Positions 31,865-41,862 of a DNA stretch of 64,000 nucleotides are shown here, piece by piece; position 1 is the first letter of the stretch, and each line of letters starts with the position of its first letter. Position numbers and translations under genes: made by a program. The notes under the pieces were generated by a model. The model worked only from the letters and a program-made list of their open reading frames with translations. It made no database searches and had not been told where the DNA came from. The stretch is from Candidatus Micrarchaeota archaeon. Lineage in GTDB: Archaea; Micrarchaeota; Micrarchaeia; Anstonellales; Bilamarchaeaceae. The stretch covers positions 25,071 through 89,070 of the forward strand of contig JAUSHJ010000045.1 of assembly GCA_030648615.1 (NCBI GenBank). Reading direction: 5' to 3'.

Positions 31865-32082
31865 GATAATATATACGACGTGGATATTTATAAAGTTAAC
31901 GCTGAAGAAGCAAGTTTAACATAGAGAAATAATGTGACGCTGCTTTTTAAAATATTCGAATATAAATGTTATAAAAGATAAGAATATAAGTAGGTGAGAT
32001 CATACATAACGAACATGCACCTCTAGCAGTTAGAGACAGTCACTTAATACCCTGGGCAGAAAATACATTAAACTTTGCAAGC

Positions 32083-33381
32083 GTGCCTGTACAATACGGC
32101 TACGGTTGTTTAGATGGACAAGTTAATGGACTAGTCTTAGATGAAGGTAAAGCATTTTTAGTAGCAGTAGATCTTGGTGCACACATTGCAAGACATATTT
32201 ACAATAGCTTAAGGTCTGTTGAATATAGGACAGTTGAACAGATCGGCACATTAGAAGAAGCAATAAAACTTGGGAGAAATTATGATTCTGATTATAAAAA
32301 TAGACTTGCAACAAGAACAGGAGAAATAGGTTTTAGAGAGTATTTTGATATTTATATAAGATTAATGTTTGAAAATATGAATCAGGGATTTGTCCATGGA
32401 AATTATGTGAGACCATTCTATGCCCCGTGTGATGAAAGAATAGATGGAGAACAGACTGATTTTCAGATAAACGGCAGAATATACAAAAAAACATTAACTA
32501 TTATGATGCTCCATTGGCCAGCACTATTAGTTCCAAGAGTTCCGACATTTGATGGCTTAAATGTTTTATTAACAACTAGTTCAGCGTCACCATACCCAGG
32601 TACAAGCTTAATAGAATACAAGGCAGAATCTTCCTATGCACCTACGAGAGGACCTGCAGTAGAAGAAAAAAACCAATTTAACGACAGATTTGGAAAAGAA
32701 CTAATAATTCATGAGGTTTTGATATTTGACCATAGCAGAAAATTTGCTAGGGAAGGAAGTGGATCTAATTTATTTTTATATGATCCGAGAAGCAGAACAT
32801 TTTACACTCCTTATTTGGATGGATCCATATTTCCTGGATTAACTAGAGATTTTGTAATGAGATTGATCAAAGGGGAATTTGGAGAAACGTTGAATTTGAA
32901 GGTGCAAGAATTAAATTTTGATGATAAATTTATAGGAGACGTTGCAAAACATGGGGGAGAACTTTTCCTTACAGGAAGTGCACTTGGAGTAGTATCTGCA
33001 AGAAGATTGATTGTGCGTAACGATAAAAAATCTGGAACTCTAACAGATTATGACATTATAGAATTTGAAAGACAACCTGAGTCCCCCGTATCACGAATTG
33101 GAGATTGCTATCGATGTTTTAGCAGTGGCAACGGAGCAGAAATCAAAACAAAAGAAGGAACCGTAAGAATGACTGAATTTTCTTCCTGGAGCGTAATGTT
33201 TGAGGTTCCAAAAGAATTAGCAACCAAAGCAAAAGAGGCATATACTTCTATAAATGGAACACGATTGGATTTGCCAACTGATCAGATTCTAAGAAGCGGA
33301 AAAGTTATTGCTATTACACCAAGAGAAAGAAGAGTAGTTACTAAAGGAGACTATGATAGAAGAAAAAAGGCAACGGTATAG
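32083..33381 (+). CDS. class IV aminotransferase-like protein (second, divergent paralog; start uncertain)
   Basis: 432 aa; central AREGSGSNLFLYD...IFPGLTRDFVMRL...FLTGSALGVVSA resembles the fold-type IV C-terminal domain; extra ~130-aa C-terminal region; in-frame upstream sequence suggests a non-ATG or earlier start. Confidence 0.55.
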   Translation: MPVQYGYGCLDGQVNGLVLDEGKAFLVAVDLGAHIARHIYNSLRSVEYRTVEQIGTLEEAIKLGRNYDSDYKNRLATRTGEIGFREYFDIYIRLMFENMNQGFVHGNYVRPFYAPCDERIDGEQTDFQINGRIYKKTLTIMMLHWPALLVPRVPTFDGLNVLLTTSSASPYPGTSLIEYKAESSYAPTRGPAVEEKNQFNDRFGKELIIHEVLIFDHSRKFAREGSGSNLFLYDPRSRTFYTPYLDGSIFPGLTRDFVMRLIKGEFGETLNLKVQELNFDDKFIGDVAKHGGELFLTGSALGVVSARRLIVRNDKKSGTLTDYDIIEFERQPESPVSRIGDCYRCFSSGNGAEIKTKEGTVRMTEFSSWSVMFEVPKELATKAKEAYTSINGTRLDLPTDQILRSGKVIAITPRERRVVTKGDYDRRKKATV

Positions 33382-33383
33382 TA

Positions 33384-35135
33384 CTAGCTAGAATAGTAAT
33401 AGTCCCCACTCGCCTTCTGTTCAGAATCCAATGAACTGCCAGGCTTATTGATACGTGGACGGTTGCTATCCTTATCTCGTCTCATCGTTATTCCTGCCAT
33501 CTTCAAAAACGCATTCATACCTTCTTTTTTAGAATATGGAGAAGACGCATGACCTTTCACTGAACTTTTTCCATCGAAAACTACTAATCGGTTAGCAACG
33601 GCATCCATGAAAACGATATCGTGGTCAACTACGAAAGCACTCTTGTCACTTTCATTTATTACTTTCCTCAGAAGAGAAGCAAACTCAAATCGTTGTTCCA
33701 CATCTAAAAATGCACTTGGTTCATCAAACAGATAGACATCAGCATCTCTGCTTACGGCCATAGATAGTGCAACTCTTTGTAGTTCTCCGCCACTTAATTC
33801 TGTTAACTTCTTTTCTAGCAAACTAGAAATTTTTAATTTTCTTTTACATTCTTCAAGAATTGCAATGTTTAATGATTGTGAAGCAAAAACTTCGTTTACT
33901 GTCACTTCTTCTGCATGAGCATATTGCGGCTTGTAAGATACTTTTAATTTTATTTTAGATTCGCCCTTATCTGGTTTCTCCACACCAGCCAGAATCTTAA
34001 CAAATAAGGATTTTCCTAGAGCATTCTTGCCTACAATACCAACTATTTCCCCTTTTCTCAGATCTCCAGAATCACTTGAAAATGAAAATGAATCAAACGT
34101 CTTCTTTATTCCTTCGTATTTTAGCATTGGAGAGCTTTTTATCTCCCCTTCACTGTGTTTAGTAAATTCTATTGCATGATTCCTAAACCTAACATTCTCC
34201 TCTTTTAGCATACCTTCAAGATACTCGTTTATACCTGCCCGAACGTTTTTTACTCCGGAAACTATGCCATAAACATTTTCATCACCGTAGAAAAGGTAAA
34301 CATAGTCACTAACGTAATCAAGCAGAGTGAGATCATGTTCTGCGATTACGACATTCTTTAAAAGAGAAAGATCTTTGATTACAATGCCGACGCGAAGACG
34401 TTCCTCTATATCTAAATAATTAGTGAATTCATCGAAATAATAGATATCTGCATCTTTCAAATATGTCACTGCCACTGCGATTTTCTGAAGCTCTCCCCCG
34501 CTTAATTGAGAAACATCTCTTTGAAGAATATCTTGTATTGCGAATAACTCTATTGCTTTATCAGTTTTTTCTTTTGATATTTTTTTCAATAAATCAATTA
34601 CCTTGCCCTTAAACACATCACGCAATTTGTCCACATGCTGAGGTTTATGACTAACTTTAATAGAGCTTTTAATATCTGAAAAATATCTTCTTTCTTCCAG
34701 AGATAAATTAGCAGTTATTTCTGATTCTTTTGGTTCATGATCTAGTATTGCAAAATTAGGTGAGAGTTGTTTGCTCAAAAGTTTTATTGCAGTTGTTTTT
34801 CCTATCCCATTTTTTCCTACCAATGAAACTGCACCACCTTTTGGCAGTGGCAAACCATAAAGTCTAAATGCATTAATGCCATATTGGTACATTGGGAATT
34901 GTTTTTTCTTTTCTTCTGCAAGATTAATTATAGAAATACAATCAACCGGGCATTTCTTTACACATAGTGAACAGCCAATGCAGACATCTTCGTAGATAAC
35001 TGGATAATTAGAATCTTTTTCTATGATTATGCATTCTTCGCCAATACGATTAGGAGGGCAGACATGTTGGCAAACATAGCCACATTTCTCCCTTATGCAA
35101 AGATCCCGATCTATTACTGCCACTCGTGTTACCAT
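33384..35135 (-). CDS. abcE1: ABCE1 / RNase L inhibitor-type ribosome recycling ATPase
   Basis: 583 aa; N-terminal double 4Fe-4S ferredoxin Cys clusters (CQHVCP, CIGCSLCVKKCP) followed by two ABC cassettes (GKNGIGKTT, LSGGELQ x2). Confidence 0.9.
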   Translation of the reverse strand: MVTRVAVIDRDLCIREKCGYVCQHVCPPNRIGEECIIIEKDSNYPVIYEDVCIGCSLCVKKCPVDCISIINLAEEKKKQFPMYQYGINAFRLYGLPLPKGGAVSLVGKNGIGKTTAIKLLSKQLSPNFAILDHEPKESEITANLSLEERRYFSDIKSSIKVSHKPQHVDKLRDVFKGKVIDLLKKISKEKTDKAIELFAIQDILQRDVSQLSGGELQKIAVAVTYLKDADIYYFDEFTNYLDIEERLRVGIVIKDLSLLKNVVIAEHDLTLLDYVSDYVYLFYGDENVYGIVSGVKNVRAGINEYLEGMLKEENVRFRNHAIEFTKHSEGEIKSSPMLKYEGIKKTFDSFSFSSDSGDLRKGEIVGIVGKNALGKSLFVKILAGVEKPDKGESKIKLKVSYKPQYAHAEEVTVNEVFASQSLNIAILEECKRKLKISSLLEKKLTELSGGELQRVALSMAVSRDADVYLFDEPSAFLDVEQRFEFASLLRKVINESDKSAFVVDHDIVFMDAVANRLVVFDGKSSVKGHASSPYSKKEGMNAFLKMAGITMRRDKDSNRPRINKPGSSLDSEQKASGDYYYSS

Positions 35136-35191
35136 AATTATCAGTAGAAGTAATGAAAGAAAGAAATTAAAAGAGAATTAGATTATGAAAT

Positions 35192-36646
35192 TTATGCGCT
35201 TCCTGAATTCCTTAAATCATAAAGATTCCGATAAATTAAGACATTCGCAACTACGCCAGGCTGGAAACCGTGAGTAATTGAGAGACTTTCGTCATTACCA
35301 TGATAATTATCAGCAGGGGAGTTAAACGCATTGAAAACTACAGGAACGCCCAAAAGAACTTGGTAATACATTGCTATAGGCTCAGTTCCACCACAACCCA
35401 TAAAATCAACTTTTGAAACATCGAAACCAACAGCCATGCCATCGGCAACTGCTTTGAAAGTTGCACTAGAAGTATCCTGCGCAAATGGATGAGCTAAAGA
35501 TTCAGCAACTATAGACAGCGCACTTTTTGAAAGGTTGGTGAATTCTGCTAATCTTCGATAAGCTTCTGCCTTGAACAATTTAAAGACAGCTTTAGGATCC
35601 TGATTTGCTACAAGTCTCATCGTCACGTATGCCTTAACATGGGTAGGTATGAGATTTGCAACTACTAATCCTTCATCAGTTCTGCTAAGCACAGTATGAC
35701 ATTCATAACTCGGTTGAGTCCATATTGTTTCCTGAGCGCTATGACCAGCTAGAGTTTGTATAACTCTTAAACCGTTATTGCGTCTAAAAAGAGCCATGTC
35801 GAAAGGCATTGCATTAAATGCTAAACGTTCAGAATCAGAAAGTATACGAACCGAATCATAAAATCCAGGAATATTAACCTTACCAGTTCGTAGATCCTTC
35901 ATGTCTAAGATTTTATTCAATGCCAATAGTGCATTAACCGTAAGATTTGTACCAGAATGCGGATCATTCGTCCCTAATTTCAGTTCAACATTTGCACCAA
36001 CAAGACCCCTGGCCATAGTAGTCACTACAGGAGAGCTCATTCTTCCAGGTTGAGAATCTGTAAGTATTACTAGATCACATTTCAAAAGTTGCTTATTAGC
36101 TCTAATGAAATTATCCATTTTAGGACTTCCGATTTCTTCTCCACCTTCTATTAAGAATTTAATATTAACTGGAACAGGAATTCCTAAATCTCGCATCATT
36201 TTTACTGCCATAAAATGTGTAAGTACTTGTCCCCAATCGTCGCTAGTACCTCTACCAAAAACTCGAATTTCGCCGCCTCGAGTTACCAGTTTTGGTTTGT
36301 GTGGCTTTGTTACATGCCACTGTTTAGCGGAAGAGGGTTGACCATCATAGTGTCCACCTACTAAAATAGTTGGAGCATTTGGAAGATCGGATTTTATTTC
36401 ACCGTAAACAGTAGGATGACATCCGGGATGATTTATTATCCTGGCATTTGGTACTCCTAAAGCTTTCATCGTATCTCTTACAATTTTTGCCGTTGACATC
36501 TGGTCATCCGGAGTCTTGTTTTTACTAACTGGAGAATCAGCGATAACTGGAAAAAGGAATTGAGTTACTGGTTTAACACCTAAACGTTCAACTGAACGTC
36601 TCACTTGACCAACATCAATAGTTCTTGCTTGTAAAATTGCTCCCAT
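35192..36646 (-). CDS. M20-family metallopeptidase (dipeptidase/ArgE-like)
   Basis: 484 aa; GHYDGQP, GRGTSDDWG, FLIEGGEEIGS metal-binding motifs. Confidence 0.8.
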   Translation of the reverse strand: MGAILQARTIDVGQVRRSVERLGVKPVTQFLFPVIADSPVSKNKTPDDQMSTAKIVRDTMKALGVPNARIINHPGCHPTVYGEIKSDLPNAPTILVGGHYDGQPSSAKQWHVTKPHKPKLVTRGGEIRVFGRGTSDDWGQVLTHFMAVKMMRDLGIPVPVNIKFLIEGGEEIGSPKMDNFIRANKQLLKCDLVILTDSQPGRMSSPVVTTMARGLVGANVELKLGTNDPHSGTNLTVNALLALNKILDMKDLRTGKVNIPGFYDSVRILSDSERLAFNAMPFDMALFRRNNGLRVIQTLAGHSAQETIWTQPSYECHTVLSRTDEGLVVANLIPTHVKAYVTMRLVANQDPKAVFKLFKAEAYRRLAEFTNLSKSALSIVAESLAHPFAQDTSSATFKAVADGMAVGFDVSKVDFMGCGGTEPIAMYYQVLLGVPVVFNAFNSPADNYHGNDESLSITHGFQPGVVANVLIYRNLYDLRNSGSA

Positions 36647-36727
36647 TTGGATACCCCCATAATTAGTTTACGTAGAATTAATTTTAGTACAACAATTTAA
36701 AAATTAGTGTCACATTGTTAGTAGTTC

Positions 36728-37618
36728 TTACTCTCCCAAAGAAGGTGGAATCGCTCCACTTTCCTTTTTCTTTCTAGGTCGATAGGATTTCTTTGGTGTT
36801 GCTACTTCAGACATTGGTTGATAAGATCTGGATTTATACGCACTGCCGCTTGAAGAATTGCCTGAAGAACCCTTTGAAGAATAAACATAGTATGCGATCG
36901 CACCTACAAGTACGACGAAACCAAGTCCTGCCAATAGTAAAAGAATCAGACCAGAATCTAATCCATTACTCGTTGGAATTATTGGAGATTCTGTGTTTTT
37001 AACAGGAGGAATGACTACACTAGTATTTGTTTCGTTCGTACTAACATTTTGTAACGGAACGATAACTTCAGTATTATTTTCCACAATAACTGGAGGTAAA
37101 TTAGTCGTATTATTAACAGTATTATTCTGAATAGTAACATTCACAATGATAGTTTCATTATTTTTAGGTGGTACTACCACCGGAGGCAATACAACAGGGC
37201 AAAGTGAAAATTGTAATTTAACAGTATCAGAAGGCCTATAGGCATCCTGAACAGCAATAATTTGATACGTGCCAGGCTTAATTAACAAAACAGATGTTTC
37301 TCCGATAATATTAGTAATATTATTTGCTACCTCACCAATATAGGGATCAACTAATAAAAGTCTCACGGCACCGCCAGTTACATAATTTCCATTTAAAGCA
37401 TCAGTAGTAATAATTTTAATATTCGCAGAACTATCGGAATTACATGTAACTGAATAGTTGATAGCCATATCTCTTCTTGGAGAGTTATTAGGATTATCTT
37501 GTTGGGTAGGCGCAGGATCAAATTTAAGTGAATTGCCATGTATCAAAGGCAATGCAACTGAAGCAAACAAAAACATTATCGATAAAACTACTGCCACGTC
37601 ATATTTTGATATTTTCAT
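36728..37618 (-). CDS. cell-surface protein, N-glycosylation-sequon rich, C-terminal transmembrane anchor
   Basis: Start chosen at MKISKYDVAVVLSIMFLFASVALPLIHG (signal peptide); the longer ORF to 37723 runs through a hairpin repeat; NxT/S-dense stalk, PPVVVPP, C-terminal transmembrane helix and basic tail. Confidence 0.6.
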   Translation of the reverse strand: MKISKYDVAVVLSIMFLFASVALPLIHGNSLKFDPAPTQQDNPNNSPRRDMAINYSVTCNSDSSANIKIITTDALNGNYVTGGAVRLLLVDPYIGEVANNITNIIGETSVLLIKPGTYQIIAVQDAYRPSDTVKLQFSLCPVVLPPVVVPPKNNETIIVNVTIQNNTVNNTTNLPPVIVENNTEVIVPLQNVSTNETNTSVVIPPVKNTESPIIPTSNGLDSGLILLLLAGLGFVVLVGAIAYYVYSSKGSSGNSSSGSAYKSRSYQPMSEVATPKKSYRPRKKKESGAIPPSLGE

Positions 37619-37642
37619 CGAGAAATCACCGCGTGCATTTCC

Positions 37643-37726
37643 GATTGTTCGATGTTTCGAACAATGGACATATTGTTGCGTTGCGCAACAATCTTGTCGA
37701 GACATTTGTCCTGCATGGGACAAATC
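37643..37726. repeat. hairpin-cluster element, copy 3
   Basis: ttgttcgatgtttcgaacaa, then tggacatattgttgcgttgcgcaacaa, then ttgtcctgcatgggacaa. Confidence 0.8.
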
Positions 37727-37854
37727 GTAAAGTCGCCATTGAGTATTAAAGAAGCAATCTTTATAAAGTTTTAGAGAGCAAAAAATTACGTTAGAATGAT
37801 AAACTAGTTCAATTAATTCAGAAACTAAGGCGATTTACCAAGGGGGATGGAACA

Positions 37855-38154
37855 ATGGAAGAAACGACTACAGTACAGCCTAGAAAAGATGAAAATGTTA
37901 TTTATGTAGGAAAAAAACCTACTATGAGTTATGTATTAGCAACCATAACTCAATTCAATAATGGAGCTGAATCAGTAATACTCAAAGCTAGAGGCAAATT
38001 AATATCTACAGCTGTCGATACTGCGGAAATAGTAAGAAACAGATTTATGCCTAATTGTAAAATCGCAGACATAAAAATAAAAACTGAAGAACTTACTTCT
38101 GAAGATGGATCTCTAAACAAAGTATCTGCCATAGAGATAACTATTCAAAAATAA
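37855..38154 (+). CDS. albA: Alba (Sso10b-type) DNA/RNA-binding protein
   Basis: 99 aa; [49 protein letters not shown] matches the Alba consensus. Confidence 0.85.
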   Translation: MEETTTVQPRKDENVIYVGKKPTMSYVLATITQFNNGAESVILKARGKLISTAVDTAEIVRNRFMPNCKIADIKIKTEELTSEDGSLNKVSAIEITIQK

Positions 38155-38182
38155 TAATTAGTTTTTGAATAAGGGTGATTGA

Positions 38183-38794
38183 TTGGCTATAATGTTGGAT
38201 AAACAAGGTATTGCAATAGCAGTAATGATGGCAGTGGCCATTGTTTACTTTAGCAATGCGAATTACTTATTACTTATACTAGTTTTTTACGCTCTCGCCC
38301 TCATGGTTACTAAATACGAGTATAAAAGAAAAAAAGACCAGGGAATTTACGAACATGAAAGAAGTTGGGAAAATGTACTTTCAAACGGTCTCGTACCAAC
38401 CATGTTAGCTGTTGCCAGCCCATATATAGGAAGCGGTGCATTTATTGGAGCTGTATCTGCCATAACCGCTGATAAATTTGCTTCTGAACTAGGAGTTTTT
38501 GACAAAACGCCGCTCTCATTGGAAAATCTTAAACCTGTTAAACCGGGAACCAGCGGAGCAGTGAGCGTACTTGGATTTGTGGTTTCGTTGATGGGCGGTT
38601 GTTTTATAGGTGTAGCTACGATGTTTATCTTCAATAAAACTGCTAATGAAGCAATTATAATCGCAGTAATTGGATTAGCAGGTTCAGTTGTAGACAGCCT
38701 GTTCGGAGTGCTGGAAGAAAAAGGATTCGGAACTAAAGGTACGACAAATATGATTTGTTCGATAACTGGCGGACTACTTGGATATTTTAGGTGA
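38183..38794 (+). CDS. DUF92-family integral membrane protein
   Basis: 203 aa; RSWENVLSNG and GTSGAVSVLG motifs, 5-6 transmembrane helices. Confidence 0.55.
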   Translation: MAIMLDKQGIAIAVMMAVAIVYFSNANYLLLILVFYALALMVTKYEYKRKKDQGIYEHERSWENVLSNGLVPTMLAVASPYIGSGAFIGAVSAITADKFASELGVFDKTPLSLENLKPVKPGTSGAVSVLGFVVSLMGGCFIGVATMFIFNKTANEAIIIAVIGLAGSVVDSLFGVLEEKGFGTKGTTNMICSITGGLLGYFR

Positions 38795-39491
38795 TTTCTC
38801 GATGAAAACATTTGTATTATGCGGCGGACTTGGAACAAGACTTAGACCACTTACACTAAAAACGCCAAAGCCAATGCTTTTAGTTGGTGGAAAACCAATA
38901 TTATTTTATGTTATAGATAATTTGAGAAAAAATGGATTTGTTGATATAGTTCTTACTGTAGGGTATTTGAATGAACAGATGAAAGATTACTTCGGTGATG
39001 GTAAAAAATTTGGTGTAAAGATAGAATACCTCATTGAGAAAGAAAGACTGAATACTGCTGGATCAATTTTACCATTTAACGGTAAGCTCAAAGAAACATT
39101 TGCAGTGGTTATGGGAGATCATCTCACTAATGTAAACATGAAAAAAATGCTTGAATTTCACAAAAAAAGTGGTGCAATAGTCACCATCGCACTTCAAACA
39201 CAAAAACTAAAAATAGATTATGGTGTTGTAGATATTGACAACGACAAAGTCGCAGCATTCAGAGAGAAACCTGTTTTGGAACATCTGATAAATACTGGGA
39301 TGTATATCTGCGAACCTCAAATATTTGATTACATAAAAGAAAAAGAGGATTTTGCACATGATGTTTTCCCAAGATTGTTGAAACAAGGCAAAAAGATAGC
39401 TGCTTATCACCTGCCGGATGAATGGTTTGATATTGGACGGCTCAGTGATTATGAAAATGCCGGGGAATTGCTGAAGAGGCTGAATTTATAA
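38778..39491 (+). CDS. sugar-phosphate nucleotidyltransferase (glucose/mannose-1-phosphate NTP-transferase family)
   Basis: 237 aa; N-terminal CGGLGTRLRPLTLKTPKPML signature. Confidence 0.8.
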   Translation: MDILGDFSMKTFVLCGGLGTRLRPLTLKTPKPMLLVGGKPILFYVIDNLRKNGFVDIVLTVGYLNEQMKDYFGDGKKFGVKIEYLIEKERLNTAGSILPFNGKLKETFAVVMGDHLTNVNMKKMLEFHKKSGAIVTIALQTQKLKIDYGVVDIDNDKVAAFREKPVLEHLINTGMYICEPQIFDYIKEKEDFAHDVFPRLLKQGKKIAAYHLPDEWFDIGRLSDYENAGELLKRLNL

Positions 39492-39514
39492 ATAGTTATT
39501 AATAGTAAAAACAT

Positions 39515-40087
39515 ATGCGACTGCAATTTAGTCCAAAACAAATGTTTTCTAATTCCTTAAGGACAGTCAGAAATGGCTATTACCTGATTGATGATGTAAC
39601 ACATGCAACGATCCATAAAGTAGGAGATGACGTTGAAAAAGCAAGTAGTAAAGCAACCAAAGGATTGTTCGTTTTGCATAAAGAAAGAGTTGCAAGATTT
39701 ATGACCAGGATAAGTCCGCTCGCTACCGTAGCCACAATGATGAGTAAAAATATGCTAAATATATTACTTCCGGTAGCAATAGCCATGGCATTTGACACGG
39801 TGATTTTTTCAAAAGTAATTAGGTCTTCATCAGAACATGCAAAACGAAATGATGGTACCGAAAGCAGAGCAAATTATTTCCTGACCCTGGCAAGACTACC
39901 TTTTCTTGGTTTGGGGACAATTGCGCTATTGCTCGGAATACGAGAACACGATGCAATTAACTTTGGGATTTCAATATATATGACAGCACATGGGATTGCA
40001 TTTTACCTTGCCAGCTCTTCAAATGGAATGCTTAACAAGGCAAGAGAGTGGCTCATGACGTCTTCGGTAAAACCAACAACCAGTTAG
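39515..40087 (+). CDS. hypothetical membrane protein (190 aa)
   Basis: Several hydrophobic helices; no motif. Confidence 0.4.
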   Translation: MRLQFSPKQMFSNSLRTVRNGYYLIDDVTHATIHKVGDDVEKASSKATKGLFVLHKERVARFMTRISPLATVATMMSKNMLNILLPVAIAMAFDTVIFSKVIRSSSEHAKRNDGTESRANYFLTLARLPFLGLGTIALLLGIREHDAINFGISIYMTAHGIAFYLASSSNGMLNKAREWLMTSSVKPTTS

Positions 40088-40117
40088 ATTTATAAGAGAT
40101 AGATTGTTTTACTAATT

Positions 40118-41179
40118 ATGGAAATTTCTCAGGAAATGTTGGCTAGAGCAAAAAATAAAGGCAAGCTAATTCTTCATGATGAAGAGATAAAATACTCCAG
40201 ATTTCGGGAAGGTTCTGGTAAAATACCACGAGGAACAGTTTTGATTGGTGAAAGAATAATCTTTGGTTTTCCACACATTAAACGAATTTTCACGTTACAA
40301 AAAGGACTAGAAAAAAATATAACTGAGGACGAGTTTTACATAGAAGAGAAAATAGATGGATTCAATGTACGTGCTATATTGATTGATGGAAAGATTTTTG
40401 CATTTAGTAGAGGTGGATTCGTTGATCCTTTTGTAACTGAAAAAGTGAGAGAGATACAACTAGAAAAGTTTTTCTCTGATTATCCTAATTCCGTACTTTG
40501 TGGAGAGATGATTGGTAGAACACCTTATACCCGAAATGATTTTGAGCCTAAACTGCTTGTGTTCGACATTATGAATGCCGATGGAGAGTACGTGGAAGTT
40601 GAAAAAAAGTACGAAATACTAAAAAATTATAAAATTGATAGCGTCCCTACTTTTGGAAGATTTACTATAAAAAATATGGAAAAAATAAAACAAGTTGCAT
40701 TGAAACTCATGAAAGAAAAGAAAGAAGGCATGGTAATCAAAAGCAGAATTAGCAACCGCTGTAAATATGTGAATCCGTTTGCTGACATCCATGACATTAT
40801 TGGTAATGCAAGAATTATGTTCGACATGCCTTCTGGCTTTTTCATCCAGCGCGTTTTACGTTCAGCGATGTTTATTAGAGATTTCAAACTGGATGAAAAC
40901 AAGTACGCAAAAGAACTTGGCAGTGCATTTTATGGGAAACTTATTGAAACGCTAAAAGAAGTAGAAAAAGGAAAACTTATTGCAGAAGAATTTGAGATTT
41001 CCATAAAAGATGTTTCTATCTGGAACAAAATAGTAAAGCACATGGGAAAAGAGATAAAACTTGAGAAGATTTCGGAAAAGAAAGAGAATGGAAAATTAAG
41101 AATAAAATTTAGAAAAATATACAAGAGAACAAATCAGAAATTCCGGGAATTTTTATCCGGAAAGGGAATTGAGGATTAA
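40118..41179 (+). CDS. ATP-dependent RNA ligase (archaeal Rnl3/Pab1020-like)
   Basis: 353 aa; nucleotidyltransferase motif I EEKIDGFNVRA (KxDG), overall size and Lys-rich C-terminus as in archaeal RNA ligases. Confidence 0.6.
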   Translation: MEISQEMLARAKNKGKLILHDEEIKYSRFREGSGKIPRGTVLIGERIIFGFPHIKRIFTLQKGLEKNITEDEFYIEEKIDGFNVRAILIDGKIFAFSRGGFVDPFVTEKVREIQLEKFFSDYPNSVLCGEMIGRTPYTRNDFEPKLLVFDIMNADGEYVEVEKKYEILKNYKIDSVPTFGRFTIKNMEKIKQVALKLMKEKKEGMVIKSRISNRCKYVNPFADIHDIIGNARIMFDMPSGFFIQRVLRSAMFIRDFKLDENKYAKELGSAFYGKLIETLKEVEKGKLIAEEFEISIKDVSIWNKIVKHMGKEIKLEKISEKKENGKLRIKFRKIYKRTNQKFREFLSGKGIED

Positions 41180-41193
41180 CTTTGCAGACCACT

Positions 41194-41316
41194 CCCAATT
41201 GTTCGATGTTTCGAACAACACGATTGTCCGGCGTACCGGACAATGTGCGCATTGTCGCGCTCGACAATTGCGTGGGCATATTGTTGCGTAGCGCAACAAT
41301 AATGTCGTGGCGGCAG
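41194..41316. repeat. hairpin-cluster element, copy 4 (longest; between convergent genes)
   Basis: cccaattgttcgatgtttcgaacaa, then ttgtccggcgtaccggacaa, then ttgtcgcgctcgacaa, then tgggcatattgttgcgtagcgcaacaa. Confidence 0.85.
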
Positions 41317-41321
41317 ATCAA

Positions 41322-41855
41322 TTATATCGATAATTTTACGTAATCAATCAAATCATAACGCATACTTAATCCACTTTTTCTTTTCTTGGCCAAGTTCTGT
41401 ACGAAGCCGAGTTTCATATAGAAATCTATTGCTTTTTCGTATGCGTCAACAGTTACAAACCTACAACCAATTTCCTTAAGGATAGAAGATGCAATTTTAC
41501 CCATAGCTACCTTAACTAAAAATGTACCTATGCCAAGCTTTGCAAAATTTTTATGAACTGCCAACCTGCCTATCTTAACAGCTGGATATTCCCCCAACCT
41601 TTGTTTTGGTTCAGACATTGCTTCTTTTTCTCCTAAATCTAAACGGATGGAATCTGAAGAAAGACTAAAATAACCAACAATTTGGTTTTTGTGCAAACAT
41701 AAATAGGTAATTGCTAAAGCACCATTTTGATAAAGTAAAGCATCATCTTTAAGAAAAGAATTAAGATCTGAGTCACCACAATCAAAAGCAAGTAGATCGA
41801 AACCCGCTGAAAGTTTTACGATATCCAATTTATTAAAATCTATAATGTCTTGCAT
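41322..41855 (-). CDS. GNAT-family N-acetyltransferase (possible TA-type toxin)
   Basis: 177 aa; acetyl-CoA-binding motif A RLAVHKNFAKLGIGTFLV; preceded by a 50-aa co-oriented ORF. Confidence 0.7.
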   Translation of the reverse strand: MQDIIDFNKLDIVKLSAGFDLLAFDCGDSDLNSFLKDDALLYQNGALAITYLCLHKNQIVGYFSLSSDSIRLDLGEKEAMSEPKQRLGEYPAVKIGRLAVHKNFAKLGIGTFLVKVAMGKIASSILKEIGCRFVTVDAYEKAIDFYMKLGFVQNLAKKRKSGLSMRYDLIDYVKLSI

Positions 41856-41862
41856 TAAACCA

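Noticed and set aside
37619-37723. N-terminal 35 codons of ORF 36728..37723 (MSHAGQMSRQDCCATQQYVHC...)
   Set aside because: This stretch is the translation of hairpin element copy 3; a signal-peptide-bearing start MKISKYDVAVV follows immediately, so the extension is spurious
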